64,000 nt of DNA from Azolla caroliniana (taxonomy: Eukaryota > Plantae > Polypodiophyta). The DNA is taken from positions 22,258,001 through 22,322,000 of the forward strand of contig JBHGNT010000003.1 in assembly GCA_043228905.1 (NCBI GenBank), in the 5' to 3' direction. The notes under the pieces are model-generated. The model did no database searches, was not told the origin of the DNA, and worked only from the letters and a program-made list of their open reading frames with translations. Position numbers and translations under genes: made by a program. Shown here one piece after another: positions 52,074 through 63,496 of this stretch (within the stretch, counting starts at the first letter, position 1; every line of letters begins with the position of its first letter).

Positions 52074-55000
52074 GGTTTACAAGAATTCGAGAAGATGCTG
52101 AAAGAAGAGAACATAATAGAAGAAGGAGAGTTCGTGACTCATATTATGGAAGAAGCCTCATTTAACGACACCATCGGCGAAATCGAGGACGTCGTGGACT
52201 TGAGCTATCTTCACAACCAACGCGTGATTTCGGTTAACTCCGTCAACATGTACGCTATCATCGATGAATACCGTCGTGGCATCTCGATGAAGGAAGCTGA
52301 CATCAACATGAAATATAAAACGGTGGATAAGAAGATCAAGCCAGTTGCGGTTCCGCTACCAGAAGATAGCTGGCAAAAGATGAAGGAAGTCGCTAACGAT
52401 CCAAGCTTAAGAGATCCGAAGAAGATAGGTCATGACTTCACCAAAGAGACGAAGGGGAAGCTACGAGTTGGAAAGGAGGATTTCCTTCTCCCTGAAGAGG
52501 AGCGAATGTTTCGCGATATGCTTGAGAGACATGGGAAGGCTTTCGCATTCTTCCCACGAGAAATCGGATGCGCCGACCCAAAGGTTATAGAGCCGATGGT
52601 GATCTTCACGGTGCCTCATGTGCCTTGGAATTTGAAACCGATACCGGTTCCGAGAGCACACCTTCCGAAGCTGATCGAGCTCTTAAAGGAGAAGGTGAGT
52701 ATGGGAATTCTAGAACCGTCGAATGCTCCTTATTCCAATAGGTGGTTCACGGTACCGAAGAAGAATGGATCATTGCGATTCATCCAAGATCTTCAACCCG
52801 TCAACAAGGTGACAATTCGAAATGCCGGAATCGGTCCAAGCGTGGACGAATTTGCCGAAGCGTTTGCGGGCCGGTCCATCTACTCCATTGGCGATCTCTA
52901 CTCCGGATATGACCAATTCCAATTGGCGATCGACAGTCGGGACATTACAACCATGAGGACTCCGATCGGGCTTCTGCGGATGTGTACCTTACCCCAAGGC
53001 GCAACGAACTCGGTGGCTCATATGGTGAATGCCATGAATAAAGTCTTGAAGGATTGCATTCCGGACATCACGATGCCATTCTTGGATGATATTCCGATAA
53101 AAGGATGTTCGGATGAGGAGAAAGATGAATCGAAAGATAAGGAAGGTTGTAGAAATTTCGTTGCGGATCATATGAAAGATTGCAAGAAGGTGCTTCAAAG
53201 GCTCGAAGATGCGAATTTGACATTTTCGGGAGAAAAATCCGCATTCGGACAACCGGAGATCTTGGTGGTAGGTCACTTGTGTGGAGCATACGGTCGGAAG
53301 CCCTCGCCATCCAAAGTGAACACAATCCAAGACATGAAAGAAGAATGCGAAAACCAAACGGAGGTTCGAAGGTTCCTTGGAGCGTGCACATTTTATGATA
53401 TATGGATTCCTCACTACACTCATGTCGCCGAACCGTTATATGGACTACTAATGAAAATAATAAAGTTCGAATGGCGAGACAAGCACACAAAGGCGATGCG
53501 AAGATTAAAGAAACTGCTTCTTGAAGCTCCGGCACTAAGGAAGGCCGACTATGCCGAAGGGAAACCAATTTACGTGACCGTAGATACGAGTCCAACCGGA
53601 ATCGGGTGGGTCATCAACCAAGAAGGTGAAGATAATGCGCGATATGCCATCCGGTTCGGAGCAAAGGTTCTCAGCGAACGACAACAAAGATATGCCCAAG
53701 TCAAGCGGGAACTTTGGGGTATTGTGTCAGCAGTGAAGACGGACAAAGATTACCTGATCGGGTCAGAAGTGATCATAGAGACAGATTGTCTCCCAATTCT
53801 CGGAATGGTCTCGGGATGTGCGACCCCAGATCTTGCTATGCTAAGGTGGATCGCCTACATCAAGTCTTTAAACCCAGAGATCCGTCACATTGCAGGGAAG
53901 AAGAACGTCATGGCTGACATGCTGTCGAGGGCAAGATTTTCAAATGGAAGTAACATGGTTTCGGAAGATGAAGATGTCGCGCTCGACTTCTTCAAGATGG
54001 CTCGATTGTCGGCGGAACACCAGGACACGCAAACCCTCCACGCCTTCAACGAGAACGAGTACGAAGGAGAATGGTTACTCATCGGTAGATTCCTAAGAAC
54101 ATTGACGATAGATGCTTCGTTGACAAAGGAGGAGGCCCTACGAATCCGAAAGAAAGCTTATCGATAATTCTTGAAGGGAGGATTCCTTTGGCGACATCCA
54201 AAAAGAAGGATAGGAATACCACGTCGAGTGGTGGTAAAGAAAGAAGAGCAAGAGACGCTGATGACCGAATTCCACGAGAGTGCTTGGGCAGGTCATAGAG
54301 GAACATGGGCAACGTTCGAAAAATTGAAGGAGAAGTACTGGTGGCCAAGCATGTACAAAGATGTACTCCATTTCGTGTCCACATGTGAAACTTGCCAAAT
54401 ATATTCAAATATACGTCATCGTGATGAGTTAAAGCCGACATACCCACTCACCATTCACTTCAAATGGATGGTGGATCTGGTCTCGATGCCAATGGGAGTG
54501 GGACAAATGAAGTACTTAGCGCTCGCAAGGGAAGACTTGACAAATCAAGTGGAAGGACGAGCCTTGACAAATAAGACGACTTCAGTCGTTTGTAAATTTT
54601 TACTTGAAGATGTTGTTTGCCGATATGGATGTGTAGGGAAGATAGTGGCCGACCGAGGGGAGTTGGACGCGCACGAAGCGACGGAGCTCTTCGAAAGACT
54701 AGGCGTGAAGCTCTCCCTCACGACTGCCTACAATCCGGAAGCAAATGGGAAGATCGAGCAAGGGCATGGACCTATCATTAAAGCCATCGTACGGGCATGC
54801 AACGGTCGAGTCGGGAATTGGCCACGACTATTACCCTATGCCTTGTGGGCCGATAGAACAACACATAGCTCGGTGATAGGGTATATGCCGACGGAGCTTA
54901 TGTATGACCAAAAGCCGATTATGCCCATCGAAAGGACAATCGCCTCATGGGTAGCGATACCGTGGGAGAACGAGATGAGCCGAGAAGAGTTATTAGCGGC

Positions 55001-56009
55001 GCGGATAAGGCAACTTGAAAGAAGACCTGAAGATTTAGAAAAAGCGCGAAAGATGATGAAGGCAGCCCGAGTAAAGAACAAAGTTCGGTTCGACAACACG
55101 CATCGACTTCGTCCCAAGAAGATTGAAGAAGGGGATTGGGTTTTGGTTTACGACAGCACCCTTGACAATCAACAAAGTACAACAAGGAAGTTCGCAAGAA
55201 GATGGTTCGGGCCATATGTGGTGACAAGTGCCAACGATAATGCCACATACCACCTTGCGGAACTAGACGGATCAAGGTTGGTCGTACCCATTGCGGGAAA
55301 AAGAGTAAAGCTTTTCAAGAAAAGACAAGACAAGGATCCTGACCTCGATTACCTCGACGATAAACATAATATGCCGGATGAAAATGAAGACATGGAGGAA
55401 TCTAATTGATCATCGTAGCCGAAATCTCACTTCTTCTCTTCTTGGCACGTACCGGAGGACGTGCGGTTTGGTGGGGGTGGATGCCGTGAAGATTTTCGGC
55501 AATAGTGTGAAAATCCCATAAAACGTACGAAATCGAGTATGAATCACATAATACAATAATTGTGAAGATAACATTTTTAATATCTAAGTACAAAATGATG
55601 GAGGTTTCGAATGCACTTTATTACACGAGAAATGGACAACTAAATGTCAAGATATGAGGGTATAAAGTTTGTGAAAAGAAAAGAGAAAATTGTGAGATAT
55701 CCCACATAGGCACGACAAATACGGCTCTCATCATATATAAGGTGGAGCAAAAGATATTATCTTTGTGTCTATGTGTGGAGCATAGAGAGTTCAAGGTAAC
55801 TTGAACTAAGAGTGGAGGTGGCTAGCTACTCGTAAAGGGTTTTGGCCAACCAAAACCGGACCAACGATGGAGCCGGTGATCCGACGGCAATCTGGCAACG
55901 GCATCTAGCGACGCACCGGTATCCGGCGACGCACCGGCGACGGTATTCGGCGAACCGACGACTAGATAAATAAATATATAAATATATATACATATTTACA
56001 TATACAAGG

Positions 56010-56080
56010 AGGGCAAGTAAGGATTCGAACCTTGCACCTCCAAGTTAGGAGTCAATTGGCTTACCATTAAGCCATGCTAT
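56010..56080 (-). ncRNA. Degenerate tRNA-like sequence (Pol III A and B boxes) inside the Gypsy LTR
   Basis: A box TGGCTTAATGG (56074-56064) within the hairpin GGCTTA-ATGG-TAAGCC, and B box GGTTCGAATCC (56031-56021) 32 nt downstream. The anticodon stem is not intact. Confidence 0.55.
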
Positions 56081-57198
56081 TTAGTTAAAATTATATTTCT
56101 ATCATTGTACTTTTACATGTAAATTCTCATACATGAGAGCTAAAATGAGTGACATGGTTATCATGCACCACATGTAATACTTAAGCGCCAAATGGCAAAC
56201 ATGCAATTTATGCATGTCTTGTACCCTCACATGCATCATATGCATGAGAGCATCTATAAAAGAGGGAAGGGGGAGGAGAAAAAACACGGTTTTTTTTATG
56301 AAAATTAAGAGGAAGAAATTTGTTATCAAATTGATCGTGTAACTTGTTTCTTAAATCTAAAGTGAAAAGTTCAATCAATCTCTCTCAATCGTGTAATCTC
56401 AACTTCTCTCTTTCCCAATCTATCTTAAGTACTTTCTCGCTAAAGCTTGTATCGACTCTAAATCCTTCTGGTCCAAAACCCCGGCGGTTCCGCCTCACGA
56501 TCCGCGCGTTGTCGAGGTATTCCTCGCGGATGCGTGGAGTGAGGCGGGACCTCGGGGGTCCTGTACCGAAGAGTAAGAGAGAGAGAGAGAGAGAGATTCA
56601 CAGGGACACGGCCCTTCGACGCAAAGACGCGAATGGGACAGCGACACAGAAAACCACGAAAGTATGTATGTATTGACAAGACAAACAACAAGAACACGAG
56701 GACAACAAAACACGAAGTCGGTTACAACCGAACAGGCCGGCGGACAGATGCCGATACCTGTTCGTAAACGCACAGAAAGACAAGAACAGGTTGGAGGTGC
56801 TGCTGGAAGCACTCGGGCATTCCTCAGAGCAGCGCGGGCCTCCCGAAACCTGCACAGAAGGAAGCTATGGCGTTTGCAACCAGAAAGAGAGAGAGAAGCC
56901 TTTGCACGCAAACCGACAGCACTTCGTCCTCGACTCTCCGCGATCCCTCTACCCTCCTTGTCTCCCTCCTTTTTATAGGCAAGGAAGGAGCCGTTTTCCC
57001 TTTACTCCCTACCTACCGAATCTACCTAGGATCTCCTATGTACAACTTAAGGCGCACGTGCATGAAGAGTCGGTTTCTACGCTCCGGTACACCGATTCCG
57101 CTTGTGGACGGTTTTCTTCACGACATCCGCCCCCACCTAACCGCGCATCCACCGGCATGCGCCAAATTGTGTTTGGACGGAGAAAACCGGTCCAGCCT

Positions 57199-60100
57199 TC
57201 ATTCCCCGCCCGTCGGCTCTTCCTCGGTTTCGGATCGCTCGTCGTCGCGGTCCAAGTCATCTTGATCCGGCTCGTCGTCGTGACGCTTCTTGAACGTCTT
57301 GATCCGCTTCCCAGCTACCGGTATCGTTATTCTCGTACCGTCGAGTTCCGCCAGATGGTACGTCCCGTTGTCGTTGGCGCTTTGTACCACGTAAGGCCCG
57401 AACCACCTTCTTGCGAACTTCCGTGTCGCTTGGTGCTGGTTGTCGAGGCTGCTGTTGTAGACTAGCACCCAGTCGCCTTCCTCGATCTTCTTCGGTCGGA
57501 GCCGGTGCGTCCGGTCGAACCGGGCTTTGTTCCTCGTCCTGGCCACCCGAAGCTTTTCCGCAGCCTGCTCCACGTCCTCCGGTCTCCGCTCGAGTTGTCG
57601 TATGCGCGCTGTCAGCAGTTCCTCCCTGCTCATCTCGTCTTTCCAGTCCACGGTTGCCCATGAGGAGACCGTACGTTCGATCGGCATGATCGGCTTCTGC
57701 CCAAACATGAGCTCTGCCGGCATGAATCCGGTTACCGAACTGTGCGTAGTCCGGTCAGCCCACAACGCGTAAGGCAGTAGCCGCGGCCAGTTCCCGACCC
57801 GACCTCCGCATGCCCGAACTAACGCCTTGACGATCGGTCCGTGTCCGCGCTCCACCTTCCCATTCGCCTCCGGATTGTACGCAATGGTAAGCGAGAGCTT
57901 GACTCCTAGCCGGTCGAACAGCTCCTCGGCCTCTTCGGCGTCCAACTCCCCGCGATCAGCCACGATCTTCCCGACGCACCCGTACCGGCATATTACGTCC
58001 TCGAGCAGGAACCGACATACGGCCGCAGTCGTTTTGTTCTGAAGGGCCCGACCTTCTACCTGGTTCGTTAGATCTTCCCGAGCCAGGACCAGATACCGCA
58101 TCTGTCCTACTCCTATCGGCATCGTTACTAGGTCTACCATCCATTTGAAGTGGATGGCCGGAGGGTACGTAGGGTGAAGTTCGTCCCGGTGTCGGACTAT
58201 GGAGTGCATCTGACAGCTCTCGCAAGTTGTCACGAATCGATGCACGTCCCGGTACAGTCCCGGCCAGCAGTACTTCCCCTTTATCTTCTCGAACGTGGCC
58301 CAGGTTCCACGGTGTCCGGCCCAAGGGCTGTCGTGGTAGGCCGTCAGCAGCTCCTCCTGTTCTTCCTTCATCGCCACCACCCGGAGCGGAGCGCCGTACC
58401 TCTTCTTCGGGTGCTTCCATAAGTATCCGTCCCGGAGAAAGAATCGGTAAGCTTTCTTCCGGATCCGGTTGGCCTCGTCCTTCGTCCATGACGCATCCGG
58501 CGTCATTGTCCTCAAGAATCCACCGATCTGGAGCCACTCGCTGTCGTACTTGCTCTCGTCGAAGTCATTAAGTGCCGGAGTGCTCGTCCCATCGGTCGTC
58601 ACGTATGCCGCCTTGAAGAAGTCCACGCCGACTTCTTCGTCCTCCGAAACCATGCCGCCCTCGTCATCAAACCTCGCCCTTGAAAGCATGTCGGCTATGG
58701 CGTTGTCCTTTCCGGAAATGTGTCGTATCTCTGGGTCCAGGGACTTGATGTACGCTATCCACCTGAGCATCGCCAGGTCCGGTGTCGCGCATCCGGAGAC
58801 CATGCCAAGAATCGGCAAGCAATCCGTCTCGATAATCACTTCTGTCCCAATCAGGTAGTCTTTGTCGGCCTTTACTGCCGAAACGATACCCCAGAGTTCA
58901 CGTTTAACCTGGGCGTACCCTCGCTGTCGCTCACTGAGGACCTTCGCGCCGAATCGGATCGGGAACCGAATGCCGTCCTCGTCTTCTTGGTTGACGACCC
59001 ATCCAATCCCGGTCGGACTCGTATCCACCGTTATGTATACCGGGGTACCCTTCTCGTAGATAGCCTTCCGGAGCGCCGGTGCTGCCATAAGAGCTTCCTT
59101 CAGCTTCCGGACCGACCCCGTGTGCTCGTCTCGCCACTCGAATTTTCGCCCTTTCTTCAGCAACCCGTATAGAGGCTCCGCAACGTGGGCGTAATGCGGG
59201 ATCCATATGTGGTAGAATGCGCATGCCCCCAGGAACCTCCGAACTTCCGTAACCGAGCTACAGTCGGTCTTCATCGCGGAGATGGCTTCTACCTTTGCCG
59301 GAGACGGCTTCCGACCATAAGGTCCACATAGGTGTCCGACCACCAGGATTTCTGATTGCCCGAAGGCCGATTTCTCCCCGGAGAAGCTGAGCCTAGCATC
59401 CTCTAGCCTTTGTAGCACCTTCTCGCAGTCGTCGATGTGTTTCTCTACGAATTGCCGGCATCCGTCCGGCCCGACTGTCTCGTCCTTCTCCTCCACCGGG
59501 CACCCCTTTATCGGGATGTCGTCCAGAAATGGCATGGTGATGTCGGGGATGCAATCCCTCAGTACCTTGTTCATTGCATTTACCATGTGAGCCACCGAGT
59601 TAGTCCCTCCTTGTGGCAGGGTACACATTCGCACTAGGCCGAGGGGAGTTCGCATTGTCGTAATGTCTCTGCTCTCCACGGCTAGCTGGAACTGGTCGTA
59701 CCCCGAGTACAGATCACCAACCGAGTAAATCGACCTTCCGGCGAAGGCCTCCGCGAACTCGTCTATGGTCGGTCCGATTCCTGCGTTCCGGATGGTCACT
59801 CTGTTGACCGGCTGCAGGTCTTGAATGAAGCGCAATGTTCCGTTTTTCTTTGGTACGGTAAACCATCGGTTCGAGTATGGGGCACTCGACGGTTCGAGAA
59901 TGCCCATATCTACTTTCTGCCTCAGTAGCTCCATCAACTTCGGGATGTGAGCTCTCGGTACCGGGATCGGCTTGAGATTCCACGGCACATGCGGTACCGT
60001 GAATATCACCATCGGTTCCACGATCGTCGGGTCTACGCACCCGATCTCTCCCGGTGAGAATGCGAAGGCTTTCCCGTGCCTTCCGAGCATCCTCCGAAAC

Positions 60101-60666
60101 CGGTCTTCCTCCGCCGGCAGTAGGAACCCGCCCCCACCGATTTTGAGCTCCTGGAGCGTCCCGTCGGTGAAGGTGTGACCTATGCAGGCCGGATCTCGTA
60201 AATTGGGGTCCGACGCAACCCCTCTAATCCGGGACTCGCTGCCCTCCGATAAGGGTGCCGCGACTGGCCTTACCTTCCGGTCCACAGTCTTGTACTTTGT
60301 GCTAACTCGGGCCGTCCGACCCGACCCGAGCCCCCGACTGAAGTTCGCGATGACTTCGTACATCTCTTCGGAACATACCGGTATCGTCCGGTCTTCGTTA
60401 AGGTCTTCACCGGCAACCTTTCTCAGCATCCCTAAGGTGTCGTCGAAGGAGACCGCCTCCACGGCTCCGCTGATTTCCTCGTCCGGGCCAAGAACTCCGC
60501 ACGCTCAAAGTCGCTCTTCCGCCCTTGTCTTTTCTCGGCCAACGATGCCGACCATCATACACCCTCCGTTGTCGGAGAAGCAAAATCCCCTACCTATCGT
60601 ACAGTCGTGGGGTCTTTTCCGAGTGTCCGGGCTGTCTCGGCCCCACGCCTTGGCAGCCCTCTCTAA
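57199..60666 (-). CDS. Gypsy pol (RT, RNase H, integrase) in the -1 frame relative to gag; one TGA at 60507-60505
   Basis: LPQGGTNSV, FLDD, DTSPTGIG, GHRG..C..C, integrase core, WFGPY; no chromodomain. Confidence 0.92.
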
Positions 60667-60672
60667 AAATCC
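60607..60672 (-). promoter_or_regulatory. Putative -1 ribosomal frameshift signal (slippery heptamer plus pseudoknot); second copy at 16745-16810 (+)
   Basis: G_GAT_TTT|TAGAGA|GGGCTG..GTGGGG..CAGCCC..CCCCAC, conserved in the divergent copy. Confidence 0.75.
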
Positions 60673-62789
60673 TCCCGGCTCTCGCCACCGAGAGATTCGC
60701 GGTTTCTCTCGTGGTTCGGCCGAACCGTCAAAAATTGCACCGAATGGCGCCCGTCCTGGCTTTTGACCCTCGCGTAGGCCGAACCGTTGTCCAGCACCTT
60801 GGTCTCCATTCTCGTCGCCGTGATGTATGGTTCGCCTAAAATGACCAGATGCGAGGACGTCTCCTGTACGAAGAAGTGTTGGTCAATCTCGACGTCGCCG
60901 ATCTTCACTCGCACATTCGGGCAGGCCCCGTGCAGTTCCTCGGTGGCGCGCGTCGCCGCCCGTATCTTCCACCCGTGTTTGGTGTTGATCGGCCAACTCC
61001 CCTTCTTATAGAAGTCCATGGACATTAGGTTTATTTCCGAACCGTGGTCCACCAACGCTACCACCGGTTCCTGAACACCTCCGATTTTTACCGGGGTCTC
61101 CGTGGTCGCTCGGGCCCAGTGTGGCCTCGAATAGTGGCTCTCCGCCCACTCATCTGCCAGCGCCAAGTCGTCGATGTGCGTCGTCCGCACCTCTACCGGT
61201 CTTTCCGGATCCGTCTCCGTTGACAGCCTCTTCCGTTTCACCAGGTCCACAATGGAGTCGTGGAACTCCTTCTTGGCGATCCCTAGCACCTCTCGCAATG
61301 ACAGCTCCACTTTGTTGTCGAGGATCCGTTCCTCTAGGACCTTCCGTAGGTCCGTAGTCCTTTCTATTTCTGTCCCCAGTCGGTACCCGCCCTTCCTGGG
61401 GTTATCTTGCGGGCTGGACCCGCCGGCATCGTTCCGTCGTTGCCCGAATCGGGTCTCGTACCGTTGTGAGGGCCCGGCCGCTCCGGCTTTCCCTACTCGC
61501 TTATCTTCTACCAGAGCCTCGTAGTTCCGGCAAGCGGCTTCTACGAAGCCCGTCTTCTCCTCGACCGGATCACTCCACCCGGTTATTTCCCGGACCCGTC
61601 TCTCAGCGCGGTCCGTTTCATCTTTCCTCAGCTGAGCGCCGGCGAGGCCTTCCAGCATTGCTGACCAGGAACCGTCTTTACTCTCCTTTCGGGCCTCGCT
61701 GCCCCCGACCCGAATACCGGCCGACGCCGAGTAGTGGATGGCCTCCACGTGTCGGGCCGCTGCCTCTTCCATCAGTCTCTTCATACCTCCTCGCCCGTCG
61801 TTTCGGCTCAGGGCCCTCCTGGTGTCGCCAGCGTGCACCCGGCCTTCCCACAGGTACACCACCCGGTTTCTCAACGCCTCTGCGAAATCGCCGCAGTCCT
61901 TCCGAATGTGGCCGACCTCGTCGCACCACATGCACCTGTTCCCCGCTGCCGGCCGTCGGTCACGAGCCGGTTCGCCGCCTTCCCTTCGAGTCTGGGCGAT
62001 CTGGAGATCCTTTATCGCCCGCGTCAACTCCTCTAGCGCTGCTCCTCCGGACGAGCCATTGACCATGCTGGTTGAAGCTGAACCGGTTTCGAGCCATTCC
62101 CGGGTTTCTTCCCTTCGCACTTGCGGCGCCGGTTCAAGCCTCCTTGCTGTAACAGAGCCCACACCGGCCGCCCCATTGTCAGCCCATTCTCGCCGTTTGT
62201 CGAAACGGCCACAGACTCTCTTAACCGCAGCCCAGTCGGTCGTCAACCCGTCTTCAGTTTCCAGCAAGGAGCCGACTTGATCCCGGTCCCGCTCGTCCAC
62301 CGACTTGACGAACAGTAGGACCCGGCTTGTATCCAGGATAGTTCGGTCAAGCGCCGAAAGGTGCGCAAAGCGTTCTTCGAACTCCCGGAGGAGTGCCAAC
62401 GTGTTTCTTCCTTTGCCGGGGGACTCCACCCATTCCATGAAGTCCCGTTTCGAAAGCCGGAGCGCGCCGTCCAACCCGTATTTCTCTAGGAGTCGGCCTT
62501 CGAACTCCTCCCAGGTATGGCTCTCCGCCCGTACCTCGAGCACCTCCGCATGGATGCTCGGCATCGCCACTCGAGGGAACCCGGCAAGACGCCTCTCTTC
62601 CGGAATGTCCCGCATCAGCATTTCCGCCCCGTAGGACGCCAAATACTTCGTAGCATCCTTTCCGCTGAAACGGCTGATCGTACCGACGACCGCCTCAATG
62701 GCTCTGTCGAGGGCGCCGGTGCCCTCGCGTGTGCTCAATATCCAATCCACGGCCGAGGCCATGGCCTCTGCAAGATCCGACCCCTTCAT
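60663..62789 (-). CDS. Gypsy gag plus aspartic protease (708 aa)
   Basis: ATG at 62789 just after the PBS; CMWCDEVGHIRKDC knuckle; ALVDHGSEINLM and VILGEPY protease motifs; ends EDF*. Confidence 0.9.
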   Translation of the reverse strand: MKGSDLAEAMASAVDWILSTREGTGALDRAIEAVVGTISRFSGKDATKYLASYGAEMLMRDIPEERRLAGFPRVAMPSIHAEVLEVRAESHTWEEFEGRLLEKYGLDGALRLSKRDFMEWVESPGKGRNTLALLREFEERFAHLSALDRTILDTSRVLLFVKSVDERDRDQVGSLLETEDGLTTDWAAVKRVCGRFDKRREWADNGAAGVGSVTARRLEPAPQVRREETREWLETGSASTSMVNGSSGGAALEELTRAIKDLQIAQTRREGGEPARDRRPAAGNRCMWCDEVGHIRKDCGDFAEALRNRVVYLWEGRVHAGDTRRALSRNDGRGGMKRLMEEAAARHVEAIHYSASAGIRVGGSEARKESKDGSWSAMLEGLAGAQLRKDETDRAERRVREITGWSDPVEEKTGFVEAACRNYEALVEDKRVGKAGAAGPSQRYETRFGQRRNDAGGSSPQDNPRKGGYRLGTEIERTTDLRKVLEERILDNKVELSLREVLGIAKKEFHDSIVDLVKRKRLSTETDPERPVEVRTTHIDDLALADEWAESHYSRPHWARATTETPVKIGGVQEPVVALVDHGSEINLMSMDFYKKGSWPINTKHGWKIRAATRATEELHGACPNVRVKIGDVEIDQHFFVQETSSHLVILGEPYITATRMETKVLDNGSAYARVKSQDGRHSVQFLTVRPNHERNRESLGGESREDF

Positions 62790-63496
62790 CTTCTGCTCTT
62801 CTGCCGCCTCTTTCACGTCGGGTTCACCAAATATGTCGAGGTATTCCTCGCGGATGCGTGGAGTGAGGCGGGACCTCGGGGGTCCTGTACCGAAGAGTAA
62901 GAGAGAGAGAGAGAGAGAGAGACCCACTACGTGCGAGCGTAGATTCACAGGGACATGGCCCTTCGACACAAAGACACGAATGGGACAGCGACACAGAAAA
63001 CCACGAAAGTATGTATGTATTGACAAGACAAACAACAAGAACACGAGGACAACAAAACACGAAGTCGGTTACAACCGAACAGGCCGGCGGACAGATGCCG
63101 ATACCTGTTCGTAAACGCACAGAAAGACAAGAACAGGTTGGAGGTGCTGCCGGAAGCACTCGGGCATTCCTCAGAGCAGCGCGGGCCTCCCGAAACTTGC
63201 ACAGAAGGAAGCTATGGCGTTTGCAACCAGAAAGAGAGAGAGAAGCCTTTGCACGCAAACCGACAGCACTTCGTCCTCGACTCTCCGCGATCCCTCTACC
63301 CTCCTCGTCTCCCTCCTTTTTATAGGCAAGGAAGGAGCCGTTTCCCCTTTACTCCCTACCTACCGAATCTACCTAGGATCTCCTATGTACAACTTAAGGC
63401 GCACGTGCATGAAGAGTCGGTTTCTACGCTCCGGTACACCGATTCCGCTTGTGGACGGTTTTCTTCACGACAGCATAGTGATGGATCTTCACGACA

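Larger units (their letters stand above)
56510..63472 (-). mobile_element. Full-length tRNA-Trp-primed Ty3/Gypsy element
   Basis: LTRs 62834-63472 and 56510-57125 (about 7 transitions plus a 23-bp indel); PBS TGGTGAACCCGACGTGAA 62829-62812; PPT GGTTAGGTGGGGCGGA; probable 4-bp TSD GCGT/GCAT. Confidence 0.96.
52074..63496 (+). mobile_element. 5'-truncated Gypsy of the same lineage: pol 52075-55409 (stop at 54165), 3' LTR 55482-56509 plus 63477-63496
   Basis: LPQGATNSV, FLDDIPIKG, RNase H VDTSPTGIG, integrase AYNPEANGK, FARRWFGPY. LTR termini TGCCGTGAAGAT...ATCTTCACGACA. Confidence 0.9.

Noticed and set aside
51672-54167. 831-aa ORF as a novel Copia/Gypsy fusion protein
   Set aside because: The first ~134 aa are an alternative frame of the Copia gag, joined to Gypsy pol by a deletion near 52074. 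It is not a gag-pol fusion in frame.
62790-63044. N-terminal extension of the 793-aa gag ORF
   Set aside because: It runs through the LTR, a (CT)n tract and the PBS. The paralogue starts at the equivalent ATG after the PBS (14788).
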